DNA of 64,000 nucleotides from Mobula birostris. Its lineage: Eukaryota. Position numbers and translations under genes: made by a program. Each line of letters begins with the position of its first letter. The stretch's first letter is position 1. Below are positions 28,011-42,497 of this stretch, in pieces. A model generated the notes under the pieces. It made no database searches, was not told the DNA's origin, and saw only the letters and a program-made list of their open reading frames with translations. Location of the stretch: contig NC_092371.1 of assembly GCF_030028105.1 (NCBI RefSeq), forward strand, positions 156,374,490-156,438,489. The letters run 5' to 3'.

Positions 28011-28879
28011 GTCCTCCGGCCATCAGCTACCTCACAATGTGACCAGCAAAGGCTTTATAAAATCTGTCAGGGCTCAGTAATCTCCTTGTTTGCACCCCTT
28101 GGCAGTTGAATATGCCCCATCAAACCCTGGCAATTTATTTGCCTTTTTCAGTCCTCTAATTCACTTAACATCGCTTCCTTTTTAATGATAATTTCACCAT
28201 CCCTTCTCCAAGTAGAATGCCCTTTTTAGTGAATGCAGAAGAGAAAGATTCATGTGAAACTGAACCCAAGTCCTCCAGTTCTGCACAGAGTTTGTCACTT
28301 TGGTCCATAATGGACCCTCCCTTTTCACTTGTTATTCTCTTTTTTTAAAATCCTTAAAATGCTTTGGGATTTCCCTAATCTTGGCCTCTGGTGATACTCC
28401 ATATCCCCATTTAAATTTTTAAAGACCTTCTCTTACTATTTCTGAAGGGCCTCCTTAGTTTTTAGCTCTTCATCAGCTGTGTAGATCTTTTTGTCTTTAT
28501 TCAGCCTTTGATATCCTGAGATGTACAGGATACTTGGACTTGCTGTCTGTATCTGTCACTCTTGTGGGAACATGTTAGCCCTGAACTCTCATTATTTTGT
28601 TTTCGAATGGCTCCCATTTGTCCACTGTCTACTTGGCTGATTTGTGTTTTTTTTCTTCTACATTTGACTGCACTTTTCACTCAACTTTACACCTGATCTG
28701 TGTCCTGTTCGACTGCTAAGTTACTTTAGGTCTTCCTCAGCAATACTGGTAAACCTGCTAGTAGAACTGTTGGACCTTTTTTTAGTTCAAGTGCAACCTG
28801 TTTAATCTATGGTTCCACCTTCACCAAAAATGGCCCCACAACCTAAAATCTAGAGTTCACCATTCTATACCATAAAGTC

Positions 28880-29120
28880 AGGCCTGCTGGTGGCACAGTG
28901 AAATTGGTGCCAGACTCTGGAGCAAAGGTTCCCGAGTTCAAATCGAGCCACCCCTGAGGCATGCTTTCCACCCGTGCCGGGTTGAGTGTCCAGCTAGCCA
29001 CACGGCCTCGTAAAAAATACAAGGGCCGAGTCAGGAACGTTCATAACGTGACCTGGTTAATCCTGACACCACGTGCCAGACAAGAATGGCTGAATGTCTG
29101 GTACAACACGCTCAAAAAAA
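28880..29120 (+). mobile_element. tRNA-derived SINE
   Basis: Pol III A box tggcacagtg, B box gagttcaaatc, core shared with 9025-9165, A-rich end. Confidence 0.7.
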
Positions 29121-30724
29121 ACCAAACAAACCATAAAGTCACCCATTTATCTGACCTATATTTCTATATTCACTATCCTCCTATTCTTATACTCTTTGGA
29201 ATGGGAGAATAATGGGACACATTACTTTGCAAGTAATCCAGAGACCTTAGAGGTCCTGCTCTTTCATCTGCCATTTGGTTTAAGCATTTTGGTTTATTAT
29301 TGTACCAAGATGCAATGCAAAACTTGTCTTGCCTGCTGTTTATAGGCACATTACAGATCCATCATGACATAGTCCAATGAGCTAGAATAAGGTGAAACAG
29401 TAACAATGCAAAATAAAGCATAAAAGCTACCAAAAGTGCAGGTAACAGTAAAGTGCAAGGTCATAATGAGGTAGCTTGTGAGGTCAAAAGCCCATCCTAT
29501 CATTCAAGAGGTCTCATAAGAGTAGGATAATACAATTCAATGCACTGTGCAATGCTCTGATCTTTTGTAAGATTTCATCCTTCTTTTGACTCAAAACATT
29601 TGTTCTAGTATGGGCCACGAACTCTGACTATATACTCTCCTGCTTTGGAATCCCCTGCACCTTTTCTGCGACTTTGTTCACCCTGACAACAGAGAGGCAA
29701 CACCTTATACTGGATTTACACCTATTGCAGCAAAGCACCTCTCTCTTCAGTTCACTATCAAGTCCCCTGCTACTCATACACTCGACTCTTGGCTCCTTCC
29801 TGCTTGTGCAGCTGAGCTGGAAGGAATAGTGTATATATAAAAAAAAATTTAAAAATTACATAATTTGAAAAAGTACGAGTGCAAGATTAAAAATATGAAA
29901 AATCCATGTAAACACCCTCATGGATTGAAAAATGGAAGATACATTACGCTTCCAGCAAAAATAGTTATACTCCAGGGTACTTTTACTTTCTGTATACCTT
30001 GAACTTCACTGTGCGTACGTTGTTCCAAAGCAAATCACTAATTTATTTCTATTTTCCCACAGAATCTTTCAGTGTTAATTAACCCCATTACTGCAGATCC
30101 AACATATGCCAAAACCCACCACAGATTACTTAAATAAACCTCATCACTTCTAAATTGATATTATGACCTTCACCTCAAAAATGAGATATATACAGATTGA
30201 TATATATACTGCACATTTTTATCACTAATAATATAATTCAATTTCTATTTCAGATTGAAATCAATTTCTTTCCAAATACACCATGCAATGGTGGCCCATT
30301 AGAGACATAGATAACAATTTCATCTTTAGAAATTCATCCCTCGTAGTTACCCCAAACCCAATCCACTGTATTATATCCTATACTGCCTCTAAAATTTATT
30401 ACCTTACATTCAATGGAACTGAATTTCAGAGGCAGACCACATGCAGATGCGAGAAGTAATGAAATTAGTGCTACTTGGCAGGGATTAATTTCAAGACATG
30501 GCTTTGTAATTTTATCTTTTGGGACAACTGTCTTGATCCTCACAGTCTTGTTTAGGCTTTTTTTTAACTGCACAGCAAAGCTGCGCACTTGCACTGAATG
30601 GTCCACGTCAACAGCACAGAATGAAGTATATTTCCTTTCAGGAACAGCAAGCCTTCGCGCACTAACCCCAAGCTGATTTTGCACTTTTAAGACATTTAGC
30701 ACAAGTAAACAATCTAAATATCAG

Positions 30725-30918
30725 CAACATGCACAAATTGCTGGAGATCTCAGCAAGTCAGGCAGCATCTATGGAGGGGTATAAATATTTAACATTTCAG
30801 GCCAAGACCTTTCATCGACTGTTTATTCCACTCCATAGATACTGCCTGACTTGCTGAATGGCTCCAGTATTTACGTGTATTGCTCAAGATTTCCAGCATC
30901 TGCAGAATGTCTTGAATT
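30725..30918 (+). mobile_element. Older Penelope-derived hairpin mini-element
   Basis: Imperfect inverted arms; TSD taaatatcag at 30715-30724 and 30919-30928. Confidence 0.82.
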
Positions 30919-31439
30919 TAAATATCAGTCTTTACTACAATTTTCCAAAATCCACATTTCAAATATAATGTTAACTCCATAAAATAAACAAATAGTTTTA
31001 CATAAACACAATTTTTTCCTTACTCTCAAATTAGGATTGCTTTGGTTTATTATAAAATTCTTATAACATTTACTGAAGTAGACCTTCAATCTTCTCTAGA
31101 ATGAATTAAATTGCCGACAGTCCAACTATAAGCTCGAGAAAGATTGAGAATAGTATTCATCTCAAGGGTATTTGGCAACCAGCTTTCCCTTGCACTTCCT
31201 GCCACGTCAGACCTGTGTTACCCTGTTAACTGTGGTTCTGACAAAATAAATACATAAATATTTTTAGTTTCTTGACACATTTAACTGATGAATTTTTGGT
31301 ATTTTAAATGCTGCAATTTATTGTACTAAATTGACGAAAGTACTATGCTTACAAACTTCCAAATAATAATAGCCTGTGCTAAATCCTTTTCCATGCCTTC
31401 CATCAAGACAGTGCTAAATCCCTTCCATACCAGATAGTA

Positions 31440-31730
31440 AGGAGGAGTGAGTACACAGGATTGGAAAAAGCTGCACAGGGTTGCGAACTCAGCCAACTCC
31501 ATCATAGGCATTAGCATCAAGGACTTCTTCAAAAGGCGATGCCTCAAAGAGTCGACAGCCATTATTAAGGAACCCCCATCAGCCAGGACATGCCCTCTTC
31601 TCATTGCTACCATCAGGGAAGAGGTGAAACACACACTCAACATTTTAGGAACAGCTTCTTCCCCTCCATCAGATTTCTGAAAGGACATTTAATCAACCTA
31701 TGAATGTTACCTCACTATTTTTGTGTTTAT
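31440..31730 (+). mobile_element. Rex1-like LINE 3' fragment
   Basis: ORF 31447..31680 QDWKKLHRVANSA...FKRRCLKESTAIIKEP, homologous to 4460-4700. Confidence 0.7.
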
Positions 31731-32844
31731 TGTTTTCAATTAAAATAGCAGACAGGAGAGTTCCAAACCAGAGAAAATCATGAAATAATATACAGGAAAA
31801 TACCTCTTCAGTTCATTATGCCTGCTTCTGCTAATTGAGGATAACCATTAATCCTCCTTCCCTGTTCTTTTCCAACACCTTCTGCTAATTTTCCATCTAA
31901 TATTCCAATCCCCTTCTGAAAGTTCCTATTGACAGTAACGAGACAACAAGACGACAGGAAACAAAAAAAAAGCACTAAATCCACAAACCAAACAGAACTC
32001 AAGATCACCTGTGTTTGGATACTTAGGCATCATTTTAGTATGGCCAGTTCTACATAAGCTCTTGATCTGGGATGGTCGATGATGCTGTTCAAGATGATCT
32101 TTGGTTTGACATATCCAAAATAAAAGAAATAATACTGTCATCAATACCAAATGATTTCATCCAAGCAACCCTCCTACCCTCCAATAAGTAAAACAGCCAT
32201 TTAAAAAGAGTCCAAACTCTTGAGGAAATGGAAAGAGATGGATTAAATCTATCAAAACCTTCTTAAATCGTCATGAACAACTTTGTTAAGGAAAGTGCTC
32301 TCCACAGCTGTTAGTTGAGGTCCCTGATGTGAATTAACAGCATCAGAGATGCAAATACATGTTTGAACTAGGTTCAGGACTAAGAGGATGTTGTGATTAA
32401 AAGTTCTGCAGCTGGAGTTTTCAACATCTGTAGATTTCTGATTTAATCATTCAGATAAATTTATTTAAATACAGCTTGGCAAAAGCACAATGCAATTCAT
32501 TTATTCATACCTTTTCTCAAAGCTAACTCCTTAGGATTCAGTATTCTCTGAATCACATTTGGATAATGTCAACAGTTTCAAAACAAAGACCAAAAGGAAA
32601 TAAGAAGCCCTATATGGTAGTGCTGGACCTGCTTTGAGAATTAAAAATGTATTCTGGGCTTTAGAGTTTGTTCTTCTGAGGGGGAAGCTGAGGCACATTG
32701 GAACGGAGGAAACCTTACTGACAGTACACCTGAGAGGGAAGATATGTGCTCTTATTCCGACAGATCCTTCCCTTAGACAAATCAGCTTACCTCCTCAGGA
32801 AGAATGCAAATATCAAATGCAAAGCACCCACAGACGCTCACAAA

Positions 32845-33190
32845 TGGGGTGGCTCGATGACAGAACAGTTTGTGGTGCTGTCTCACAGCTCCAGCTCGAT
32901 CCTGAACCTCAGGTGCTATCAGTGTGAGGTCTGCACATTCTACCTGTGACCATGGCGGTTTCCTCCAGGAGCTCGGGCTTCCTCCCAAAACTACAAGATG
33001 TGCTAATTGGTTAACTGTGGGCTCTAGGTAAAACACACCCAAAGCAGGTTCACGGCAAGGTAATCAAAGGGGAATTGAAGGCATCTGTGTGAGAAAGTGT
33101 AAGTTAAAGGGCTACATGGAAGTATGAAGGGGAATATGAGTGATGGTTTGCTCCCCCAGGAACAGACACAGACTGAATGGTTTCCTCTGT
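32845..33190 (+). mobile_element. V-SINE
   Basis: ctcacagctccag...tcagtgtgaggtctgcacattctacctgtgacc...gtttcctccagg. Confidence 0.65.
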
Positions 33191-33249
33191 ACCACAAAGA
33201 ACTAAGTAGCTGAGTACTTGCATTCCTGCTGAAATAATAGCAAAACTCA

Positions 33250-33430
33250 ACCTCAAGAGATTCAGCTGATGCTGGAAATCTTGAGCAAAACGTGCTGAGG
33301 GACCTCAGAATGTCATGCAGCATCTATGGAGAGGAATAAACAGTCAACGTTTCAGACCAAGACCTTTCATCGTGACCGGAAAGGAAGTGGGAAGAAACCA
33401 GACTAAGAAGGGGGGATGAGCAGAAGGAGC
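33250..33430 (-). mobile_element. Penelope 3' terminus fragment with a degenerate hammerhead motif
   Basis: gatgctggaaatcttgagcaa...cagcatctatggagaggaataaacagtcaacgtttcagaccaagacctttcatc. Confidence 0.75.
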
Positions 33431-35567
33431 ACAACAGAAAAGTGAACAGCTAAAAGTACTCCGTGAAAGTGGAAGAGGGCTGACTCCAATCAAGTACTGA
33501 AAATGAATAAACATTGTGCTGGAAAAATCAACCCCATCTACATTCTCCACCATCCATATAATAATCAGCTCAGGCTGCAGAGAATGCATACTGAAGTAGT
33601 ACCTGACCTTTGCTATGCTCTGAGCTGTCCTAATGTTGTTAAGCTTCTGCAAAAGGCTGCAGTGTTGCGTTTTGGATTCTTGCCATGACATTTACACATT
33701 ACTTAGAAGTGCACCTCTGAGGTTACCTTTCATTTGTAAATCTTAATATGAGAACTTATATCATGAATTCTGATTTAATGTGGCTAATGCAGCCATCTCC
33801 TGATGTATTCCCATTAAAAAACAATTGTTAAAAGATATTGTATCCTAGCCCTTTATTTACGGGCAAATTTAAAACAAACAAATTCAATTTGTCTGGCACT
33901 TCAGACAATAATATACAGTCTAATGATCTCTAATGGCCAGCTCCTATTTTCAAATTTTTCATCTAGAATTTCTCAGGATTCTGCTTCATATCAAGGACAC
34001 TACAGTCACTTAGGGCTCTGATCACTTGTGCTAAGGCCCATTCTTCTGGTTTGCTTTGGCCCAGCTCAGCTGGAATTTCTACCGCGGTCCTACTTGTGAA
34101 AATTTTCTGGCTTTGTATCAAAATAATGCAGGAGATCAGGAAGGACTTGTAGAGATCTGATCCCTAAATACTGGACGGCAACTGTCAATCCTGGGGTACA
34201 GGCTAATCTTCCATTACGCCAAACATTCCCACCGGTGACAGGAAGTGAATCACTTGTTTGTTCCGTCCGTGGTTGGGCCAGGAGAGGTGGTAACAGTGGG
34301 AAGGGTCAAATCTCCACTGGAGAAGAGTGACTTACCACAGATCAGCTACCAGGGACAAGGGAAGCTTGTGGTTCTGATGTGGACAATGAACAATCTTGGC
34401 AGGGAATGATACTAAGGTTCCTGAAGAGAAATACTTCTTAACCACAAACATTTTGGGACTTCATTTGGGTGGGGGGGGGGGGAGTGGAACCAAAAGGGAA
34501 ACATTCTGCAAATCAATATTTGGTCTGGATTCCAACACTTAGAGTATGTACTGGGAGAAACATTTCAGCCCATGGTGTCTCTGCCAGTATTAGCCAATAT
34601 TCCATGGGAAGGTTTGGATTGGTTTTCAACAATGATCTGAGGAAGGACCTGTTTTCTTCAATAGTTTCTTCCAGCACCATGGTCTGGACATCTACCTCAA
34701 GGATTCCTATCATCTGAGCTAAATCCTCTAATTCACTGCTATGGTCAGGCAGGGGGACAGAAGTCCAAAATTCCATATTATTCAGTTTGGCAACAGCTAG
34801 ATCCTACAACCATCAGTTCTTGAACCAGCCGGCACAACTCTATTCCAGCAATGTAACACTACAGATCACTTCTTGCAATAACATGTACTTGTTTCCAACT
34901 GTGGTGTTTGCATTTTTGTCTTGTTATGGTCAATCTTTTCCTTCACTCTCTTATATACTTTATGTATAATGTGTGAATTGCCCGACTCTGTAGGCCTGTG
35001 GTGCTGCTGATAACTGATAACTGTACCTCACCACACATGTGAATACAACAATAAACTCAACTTTACTTGCAATTCCAGTGATTCTGGAAAGGCTTGCTAA
35101 TCTACCCTGTACTTTAAGTCTCTGCTAGGCTTGGGGCTCAAGGTGCCATAACTCTGGCTGAGTCCCGTACACAGTATGTGCTAAATGGCTTTTCCACCAC
35201 TTTAGGAGAGAAAGAAGACATTTGCAGCTGGGACTTAGTTGTGAAACAAGTGAGAGTTGGTGGATGTACGGTCAGGTTTTGGTATAACCAATTCAGGGGT
35301 AATTATGGTAGTAAAGAAGGCCATGCAGCCCATCAAGTCTATGATGGATCCCAGAGCAACCTGATACATCTTATTCCCCAATTTTTTCTTTGAAACCATT
35401 GGCACTCACATGTCTGTCAATTCCCCAGTGAATCTCCCAACAGACACCAAGACTCGGGATAACTTACAGCAGACAATCAACTTTCCAAACTGCACATCTC
35501 TGGAATGTGGGAGGAATCTGGATCACCCAGGAAACTCACCTGGTCACAGGCAGAATGTGTAAACTTG

Positions 35568-35935
35568 GAATGAAAGAGAATGAGAGGTGACTTGATAGAA
35601 GTATACAAAATGATAAAAGGCATAGCCGTAGACTTTTTTTTCCACAGGGCAGAAATAGCTACTGCGAGGTGGCATAGTTTTAAGGTGAATGGAGGAAAGT
35701 ATAAGGGGGATATCAGAGGTAAGTACTTTACATAGTTCCCAGTCAGTGGTGGTAGTAGAGGCAGATACATTAGGGGCGCTTAAGAAGCTCTTAGATAGGC
35801 CGATGGATGATAGAAAAATGGAGGGCTATGTAAGAGGAAAGGGCGAGGTTGATCTTAGAATTTGTTAAAAGCCCAGCACAAAATTTCCAGTTGAAGACCC
35901 TGTCCTGTGCTATAATGTTGTGTGTTCCATGTTCC
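35568..35935 (+). mobile_element. CR1 3' fragment, next to or inside a minus-strand V-SINE (about 35300-35567)
   Basis: gaatgagaggtgacttgatagaagtatacaaaatgat; tail gtgttccatgttcca. Confidence 0.7.
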
Positions 35936-36974
35936 ACACAGACAGGATGGGAGGTAGGGATTTAAGGTGGATTACTGGACCTGTGTGCCAGGATCTCTAT
36001 CTACTGTGTGAATGAGCTGCCCTTGCAGCCGTAGGAATTGCAATTGCTCAATTGGACCAAGAGTCAAGCCCAAGGTCAATAAATGAGCTTGGGCTTAGGA
36101 AGGTGGGTGGTCATAGGCTCAGGCTAGTGACCTGCTGCTGTGGTAGACCATAGGGGTGGATCAGCAGTTGGACAGAGAGTGGGGTGGTTAGGAGGCTTGG
36201 TGGGGGTGGGGGGAATATGTGTGTTTACATGTAAATGAAAAATCAAGTAAATGGTGTGTAGGTATGTTCCTTCCCACACTATTGCATCCCACCTTAGAGT
36301 TACAGTATACTGACAACCAAGAAGGAAACCAGCAGAGTTTGCTGTCTACCCAACCCTGCCCATTTCAACAAACACTGCATTTGTTTACAGGAATGAGCCA
36401 CACAGCCCAATGTACAATGTGTGCAGAATGTCCAATCCATCATCACTTCAGTAATGATATACTACATAATATTCAATCTCTGTCACTTGGAAGTCCTGTC
36501 TTGTAAATGATTATGCCTCAAAGTGGGAAACCATAAAAGGTCACAGTCTTTCAGGCTCAATAGCAGATATTGCTCATGCATGCATTAATATGGGTACCAA
36601 GGCCTGCTTATGCTGTGCTGATGGTGAAACAAAGCAGGAAAGCTACAGAGACAGGAAAAGTATGATCTATGACTACAATTATAATGATCATCAGATCTCT
36701 ATTTCTTTTCCTGCCGTTTTAATGTTAATTTAGTTGCTTCTTGCTTCACTTGGCTGATGAACCCTTTAATCTTCCTGCTCTACATGACTCATTTTCATTT
36801 GACTTGTCTCTGGTAAGCTCTTAAGAAAAGTAACAAAAAGTAAATTTTTCAGCCCCTCGAGCCTGCCCCTAATATGATAGTGACTAAATTTTACAATGTC
36901 CACTTTCCTGCTCTGTATCAGTTTCTCTTGCTTATCTTAAAGCCTGACCTGCATTGATCAGAGACTGCAATAAC

Positions 36975-39298
36975 CACAAAGTTGTTTACTTGGACAATCA
37001 GAAGGCTTTTGACAAGGTGCCACACACAAAGTTGCTAAGCACACTTAGAGCCCATGGTATTAGAGGAAAGATACTAGCATAGATAGAACATTGGCTGACA
37101 AGTAGAAGGCAAAGAGTGGGAATAAAAGGGGCCTTTTCTAGTCCCAGTGACTAGTGGTGTTCTACAGGGGGTGGTGTTGTGACCTCTTCTCTTCACATTA
37201 TATGTCAATGATCTGGATGTTGGAATTGATGGCTTTGTAGCCAAGTTTGTGGATAAATGAAGATAGGTGGAGGGACATGCAGTGCTGAGGAAGCAGGGAG
37301 TGTGCAGAAGTACTTCGAGAGATGAAATAGTGTAGGGAAGTGTAGTCATGGACTTTGGAAGAAGGAATGAAAAGGTTAATGTATGAGGCATGCTTAATTG
37401 CTCTGGGCCTGGAGAGGGAACTCTCACTGAAACTTATTGAATATTGAAAGGCCTAGATAGAGTGGATGTGGAGAGATTACCATAGAAACCATAGAAACTA
37501 CAGCACAGAAACAGGCCTTTTGGCCCTTCTTGGCTGTGCCAAACCATTTTCTGCCTAGTCCCACTGACCTGCACACGGATCATATCCCTCCATACACCTC
37601 CCATCCATGTATCTGTCCAATTTATTCTTAAATGTTAAAAAAGAACCTGCATTTACCACCTCATCTGGCAGCTCATTCCATACTCCCACCACTCTCTGTG
37701 TGAAGAAGCCCCCTCTAATGTTCCCTTTAAACTTTTCCCCCCTCACCCTTAACCCATGTCCTCTGGTTTTTTTCTCCCCTTGCCTCAGTGGAAAAAACCT
37801 GCTTGCATTCACTCTATTCTGTACCCATCATAATTTTATATACCTCTATCGAATCTCCCCTCATTCTTCTACGCTCCAGGGAATACAGTCCTAACCTATA
37901 GTCCTTTCTCTGTAACTGAGTTTCTCAAGTCCTGGCAACATCCTTGTAAACCTTCTCTGCATTCTTTCAACCTTATTTACATCCTTCCTGTAATCTGGTG
38001 ACCAAAACTGAACACAATACTCCAGATTCAGCCTCACCAATGCCTTATACAACCTCATCATAACATTCCAGCTCTTATACTCAGTACTTTGGTTAATAAA
38101 GGCCAATGTACCAAAAGCTCTCTTTATGACCCTATCTACTTGTGACGCCACTTTTAGGGAATTTTGTATCTGTATTTCCAGATCCCTCTGTTCCACTGCA
38201 CTCCTCAGTGCCTTACCATTAACCCTGTATGTTTTTCCTTGGTTTGTCCTTCCAACGTGCAATACCTCACACTTGTCAGTATTAAACTCCATCTGCCATT
38301 TTTCAGCCCATTTTTCCAGCTGGTCCAAGTCCCTCTGCAGGCTCTGAAAACCTTCCTCACTGTCTACTACACCTCCAATCTTTGTATCATCAGCAAATTT
38401 GCTGATCCAATTTACCACATAATCATCCAGATCATTGATATAGATGACAAATGACAATGGACCCAGCACTGGTCCCTGTGGCACACCACTAGTCACAGGC
38501 CTCCACTCAGAGAAGCAATTCTCTACTACCACTCTTTGGCTTCTTCCATTGAGCCAATGTCTAATCCAATTTACCACCTCTCCATGTATACCTAGCGACT
38601 GAAATTTTCTAACTAACCTCCCATGCGGGACCTTGTCAAAGGCCTTACTGAAATCCACGTAGACAATATCCACTGCCTTCCCTTCATCCACTTTCCTGGT
38701 AACCTCCTCGAAAAACTCCAATAGATTGGTCAAACATGACCTACCACGCACAAAGCCATGTTGACTCTCCCTAATAAGTCCCTGTCTATCCAAATGCTTG
38801 TAGATTCTGTCTCTTAGAACTCCCTCCAATAATTTACGACGTTAAAACTCATAATTTCCCGGATTACTTTTCGATCCTTTTTTAAACAACGGAACAACAT
38901 GAGCCACTCTCCAATACTCCGGCACCGCACCCGTAGACAGCGACATTTTAAATATTTCTGCCAGGACCCCTTAGGATTGTTTCCTAAGTGTTGAATCTAG
39001 GACCAGAAGTCACAGCCTCAGAATTGAGGGATGTCCATTAGAATAGAGATAAGGAAAAAGTTCTTTAGCCAGATGGTGGTGAATCTATGAAATTCATTGC
39101 AACAGATGGCTGTGCAGGCCAAGTCACTGGGTTTATTTAAGGTGGAGTTTAATAGGGTCTTGATCAGTAAGGGGATCAAATGTTACAGGGCAAAGGCAGG
39201 AAAATGAGGGCGAGGGATAATAAATCAGCCATGATGAAATGGCAAAGTACACTCTATGGACAAATTGCCTAATATTGCTCCTATGCCTTATGGTCTAA
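36975..39298 (+). mobile_element. Old CR1 LINE split by a younger antisense CR1 (pieces 36975-37478 and 38973-39298)
   Basis: cagaaggcttttgacaaggtgccacac (KAFDKVPH). The motif agtggatgtggagag|gattgtttcct is broken at the insertion. Confidence 0.75.
37480..38971 (-). mobile_element. Young 5'-truncated CR1 LINE with a 312-aa open RT segment
   Basis: ORF 37891..38829 QHGFVRGRSCLTNL...DFSKAFDKVPH...SGVPQG...SKFADDTK; tail (catagaaac)n. Confidence 0.95.
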
Positions 39299-42200
39299 GA
39301 TAGGCCGTGGGGGGCCAGAGAATTGCAGACATTCACAGCCTGACTCATCTCAGTCCCAAGTCTCTGATCTCTAATGTTCTCTACCTCTAGATCTCCACTT
39401 AAGAAGACTGTTACTCAGTGTCAATCTTGTTCAACATCTCAGAATTGTAAATGTTGTTTGGATAAACCTCTTAACAGGTAAGAGCATTGCAATGTGCAGT
39501 TACCTTCACACAATGTTGCTGTGTATGACCATACTGTGTGACGGTATTTACACCCTCTTCATGCATGCTGTTGATTGACCACTGTGAACATACTGCTGAT
39601 AATGCCAACCACTGGCTGAGCACTGCAGCAAAGAATTGGTGTGTTCAGTGTTTAGTACCAGTGAACATGGGAATTCAGAGCTGGCAGAGGTGCAAACGAC
39701 CGTTGCAAGTACTGGCAGAAGTTCCTGAACTCATTCTCTTGTTGGGGAATGGCACAATGTAGAAGAGTTGGCCCCCTGTTGAATTACACTTTGGAGGAAA
39801 TGGTGGAAATGGAAAGGAGCACATATGAGTCCTTTTTCCAGCAAATGTCAAGAAAGCCAGTGTGAGGTGGGGGAGGTCGTTGTGAAGAGTTCAGTCTTAT
39901 TGACCTGACTGATATCTGTTTGTCTCACAGTCAAGGAATCTGCAGGCACTGCCACCACTAACTGCAACAGTGGTATGCAGTGGCGGTTTCAGTGGCACTG
40001 GCAGAATGGATGCCTGTGAGTGAAGGAATTATTACCATGGCTGGGACTCTGGGCACTGACTTGCTGCACATGGTCACACCCTCCACTGCTCAAGTTGTCA
40101 TTCCACCATACAAGAATACAGCCAAACAAAACTTTTCTCTGGGGCCAAGATGCAAAACCTAGTACCAACAGCACAAGGCACATGTAAGATATCAATAAAA
40201 TACAGTCACACAAAAAAATAGTCCAAGTCCCCGAGTCCAAGAATGCTGCAGCAGTCTGCTGTCGAACGTAATACAATCTGTCTTCTGCCAAGTGAACTCG
40301 GGCGGGGGGAGAAGCACCAACTCCAGCATAGATGCCACGCCACACTGCCTCTGCCACTCTAGCGGAGCACCAGACTTCGATGCCTCCCCCGGGTGACTGT
40401 AAACAGGCAACACTGCGGCTTGAGGCCATGCAGGTCCTCCACCATCTGTCCCTGCTGTTTGCCAATAAATCAATGAACTGGACTTACAACATTCCACACC
40501 ACAAATGTCCAACAAGGTCTTGCAATCACAAGAAAAGTGATTAAGATGATCACTCACTATAATTTAAGGGCTAGGAATCCCTTTTCTTGTCCAGGACAGA
40601 CACCATTACATCCTCAACAATGTGACACTCTACATGAGCTAAACAACAGATTCATTCAGTAGAAGTCCGACATGTCACCTAGATCTCAACAGACAGCTCA
40701 ATCAAACTGTTAAGAAACTAGCCATATTCAGCTTCACCGCATAAATAGAATCTTTTAACTGCTCCCTCATTTAAGGCACCACTCAAACTTTGGCCTAAGA
40801 ATGATTAGGGGAAAAAATTAAAAAGGGACACGAGGGACAGATTTTTCACCCAGAGGGTGGCTGGTGAATGGAGTGAGCAGTCAAAGGTGCTGGTTGAAGC
40901 AGGTACACTGGTAAAGTAAGCAGGCTCATGGAACACAGTCAGCATGGACTGGATGGGCTGAAGGGCCTGTTTCCGTGCTGTATCGCTTTATGGTGCATTG
41001 GTAAGATTACCCATCATCACTGCTACCTGGTGGATGGTGTGCACACTGACATTTTTGCTCCCACCATTGCTAGGCACAGGCATGAAATGCGAGACTATGG
41101 TGGTGAAAAGATGGAGTACAAGGACAGGAACCTGAGAGAGAAGGATTGATGAGCAGTAGCATAAGATCTAAGTAAGGCCACTGGCACCGGAGAATCCATA
41201 AGGCAGGAGAATGATGGGACTAGGTCATGGCCGGATAAGGGTAGTTGCACGCTAGATGTCCATATCCATTTACGCATTACACCCCTCACCCCCCCCCCTC
41301 GCCGAAAATTGAGCAAATTCCCTCAGGTAAAATGTGGGCACTTTCTAACATAAGTATTCACAGCACCACGAGCAGAGCATTCGTACTGACATTTAAATTT
41401 CCTTGTTAGTTTTGGTTGAAGGTCATGGAACTTGCAGTGGGATTTTCCCTCAGAAGACACATTAGGATCTAATTTCTTTGAGATTTACTTCATTTAAACC
41501 CCACTTCACAATAAAGAGGTTTGACTCCAGAAACAAGAAAGTTTTAAAGCTCCAACTTGATTCTCTGAACAAGACTTCAGAAGTGAGGAGCACTAGGACA
41601 TAAATGACAATGTGGATATTGATGCCATTGCCTTGTTATAGTCTCAGCGAGTGGTGCTGTCCTCTACTATGGCCCTAATGTCCCTTCTTCTGGGTTTATG
41701 CTGCAGGTGTCAGCAGTTGTAATGGGAACTGGTGGGAATGCCATCACTGTCTTCCTCCCCTAGCACTGTATGTGCCCATAAGACCAGGCAGCAAGCAGAG
41801 GTTCCTCACCATTGGTTTTGTCTCAGAAAATATTTCCTGCAGAACATAAACAGAAACCTCCTCTCAACTGGCTCTAACCCTTCTGTACTTCCTTGGGTTC
41901 CTAAAGCATGATTAAGCCATTGGACAAACATCAACACATCTCACCTTTCTCCAAGTCTCAACAGCTGACCTCATTGTCATATACCCACCATTGTAACTCC
42001 CTGCCAACACCACCTGCTTGAAAATTCCTTGAAAAGGCAGAGTTAAGCAACTAATTAAAATATTTGTAAGATCATGTTGCATTTCAATGTTGTGAAAACT
42101 GTAACAGAATGTATACTACACACAGGGCAACTTTCAACCCCGTTATGTTAAGTATGGGTCAAGGATGAGGGCAGGTATCAAAGCTGGAACTCTGGCCTTT

Positions 42201-42457
42201 GCCCAGGCATAGAACTCACTGTGGTATCTCATCCAAGGCTCCTATATTGGCTTAGTACATGATAACAGTTGTCAAGTTTGCCTCATGTTCTACAGCACAC
42301 TTAACTTTTCCACTGAGATCAAAGAGGAAGGAAATGGTCGAGACAAGTTTGGCTAGATGTAAGTTGAGCAGACACTGTCAACTTTATACTGGCAACTGAA
42401 ATGGATGTCCCCTATCAAGGTTTATTAAACAGAGATAATTAACCTGCCAGTTCTTAC

Positions 42458-42497
42458 CTGACCGACATGCTATGTCCACATCCTTTTCAAAGTCTGT
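42458..42497 (-). CDS. ADGRB3: ADGRB3 40-nt exon (TDFEKDVDIACRS + first base of the V codon)
   Basis: Not in the ORF track; read directly as ctctaaacag|ACAGACTTTGAAAAGGATGTGGACATAGCATGTCGGTCAG|gtaaga. Phase 0-1 links the two flanking exons in frame. The peptide is identical to recalled BAI3. Confidence 0.95.

Noticed and set aside
28880-28950. Possible tRNA genes here and at about 49830 and 59550
   Set aside because: A/B boxes are present but no full cloverleaf; each continues into a SINE body.
37891-38829. 312-aa RT ORF as an active or domesticated gene
   Set aside because: 5'-truncated, no endonuclease domain and frameshifted near 37890; an ordinary young CR1 copy.
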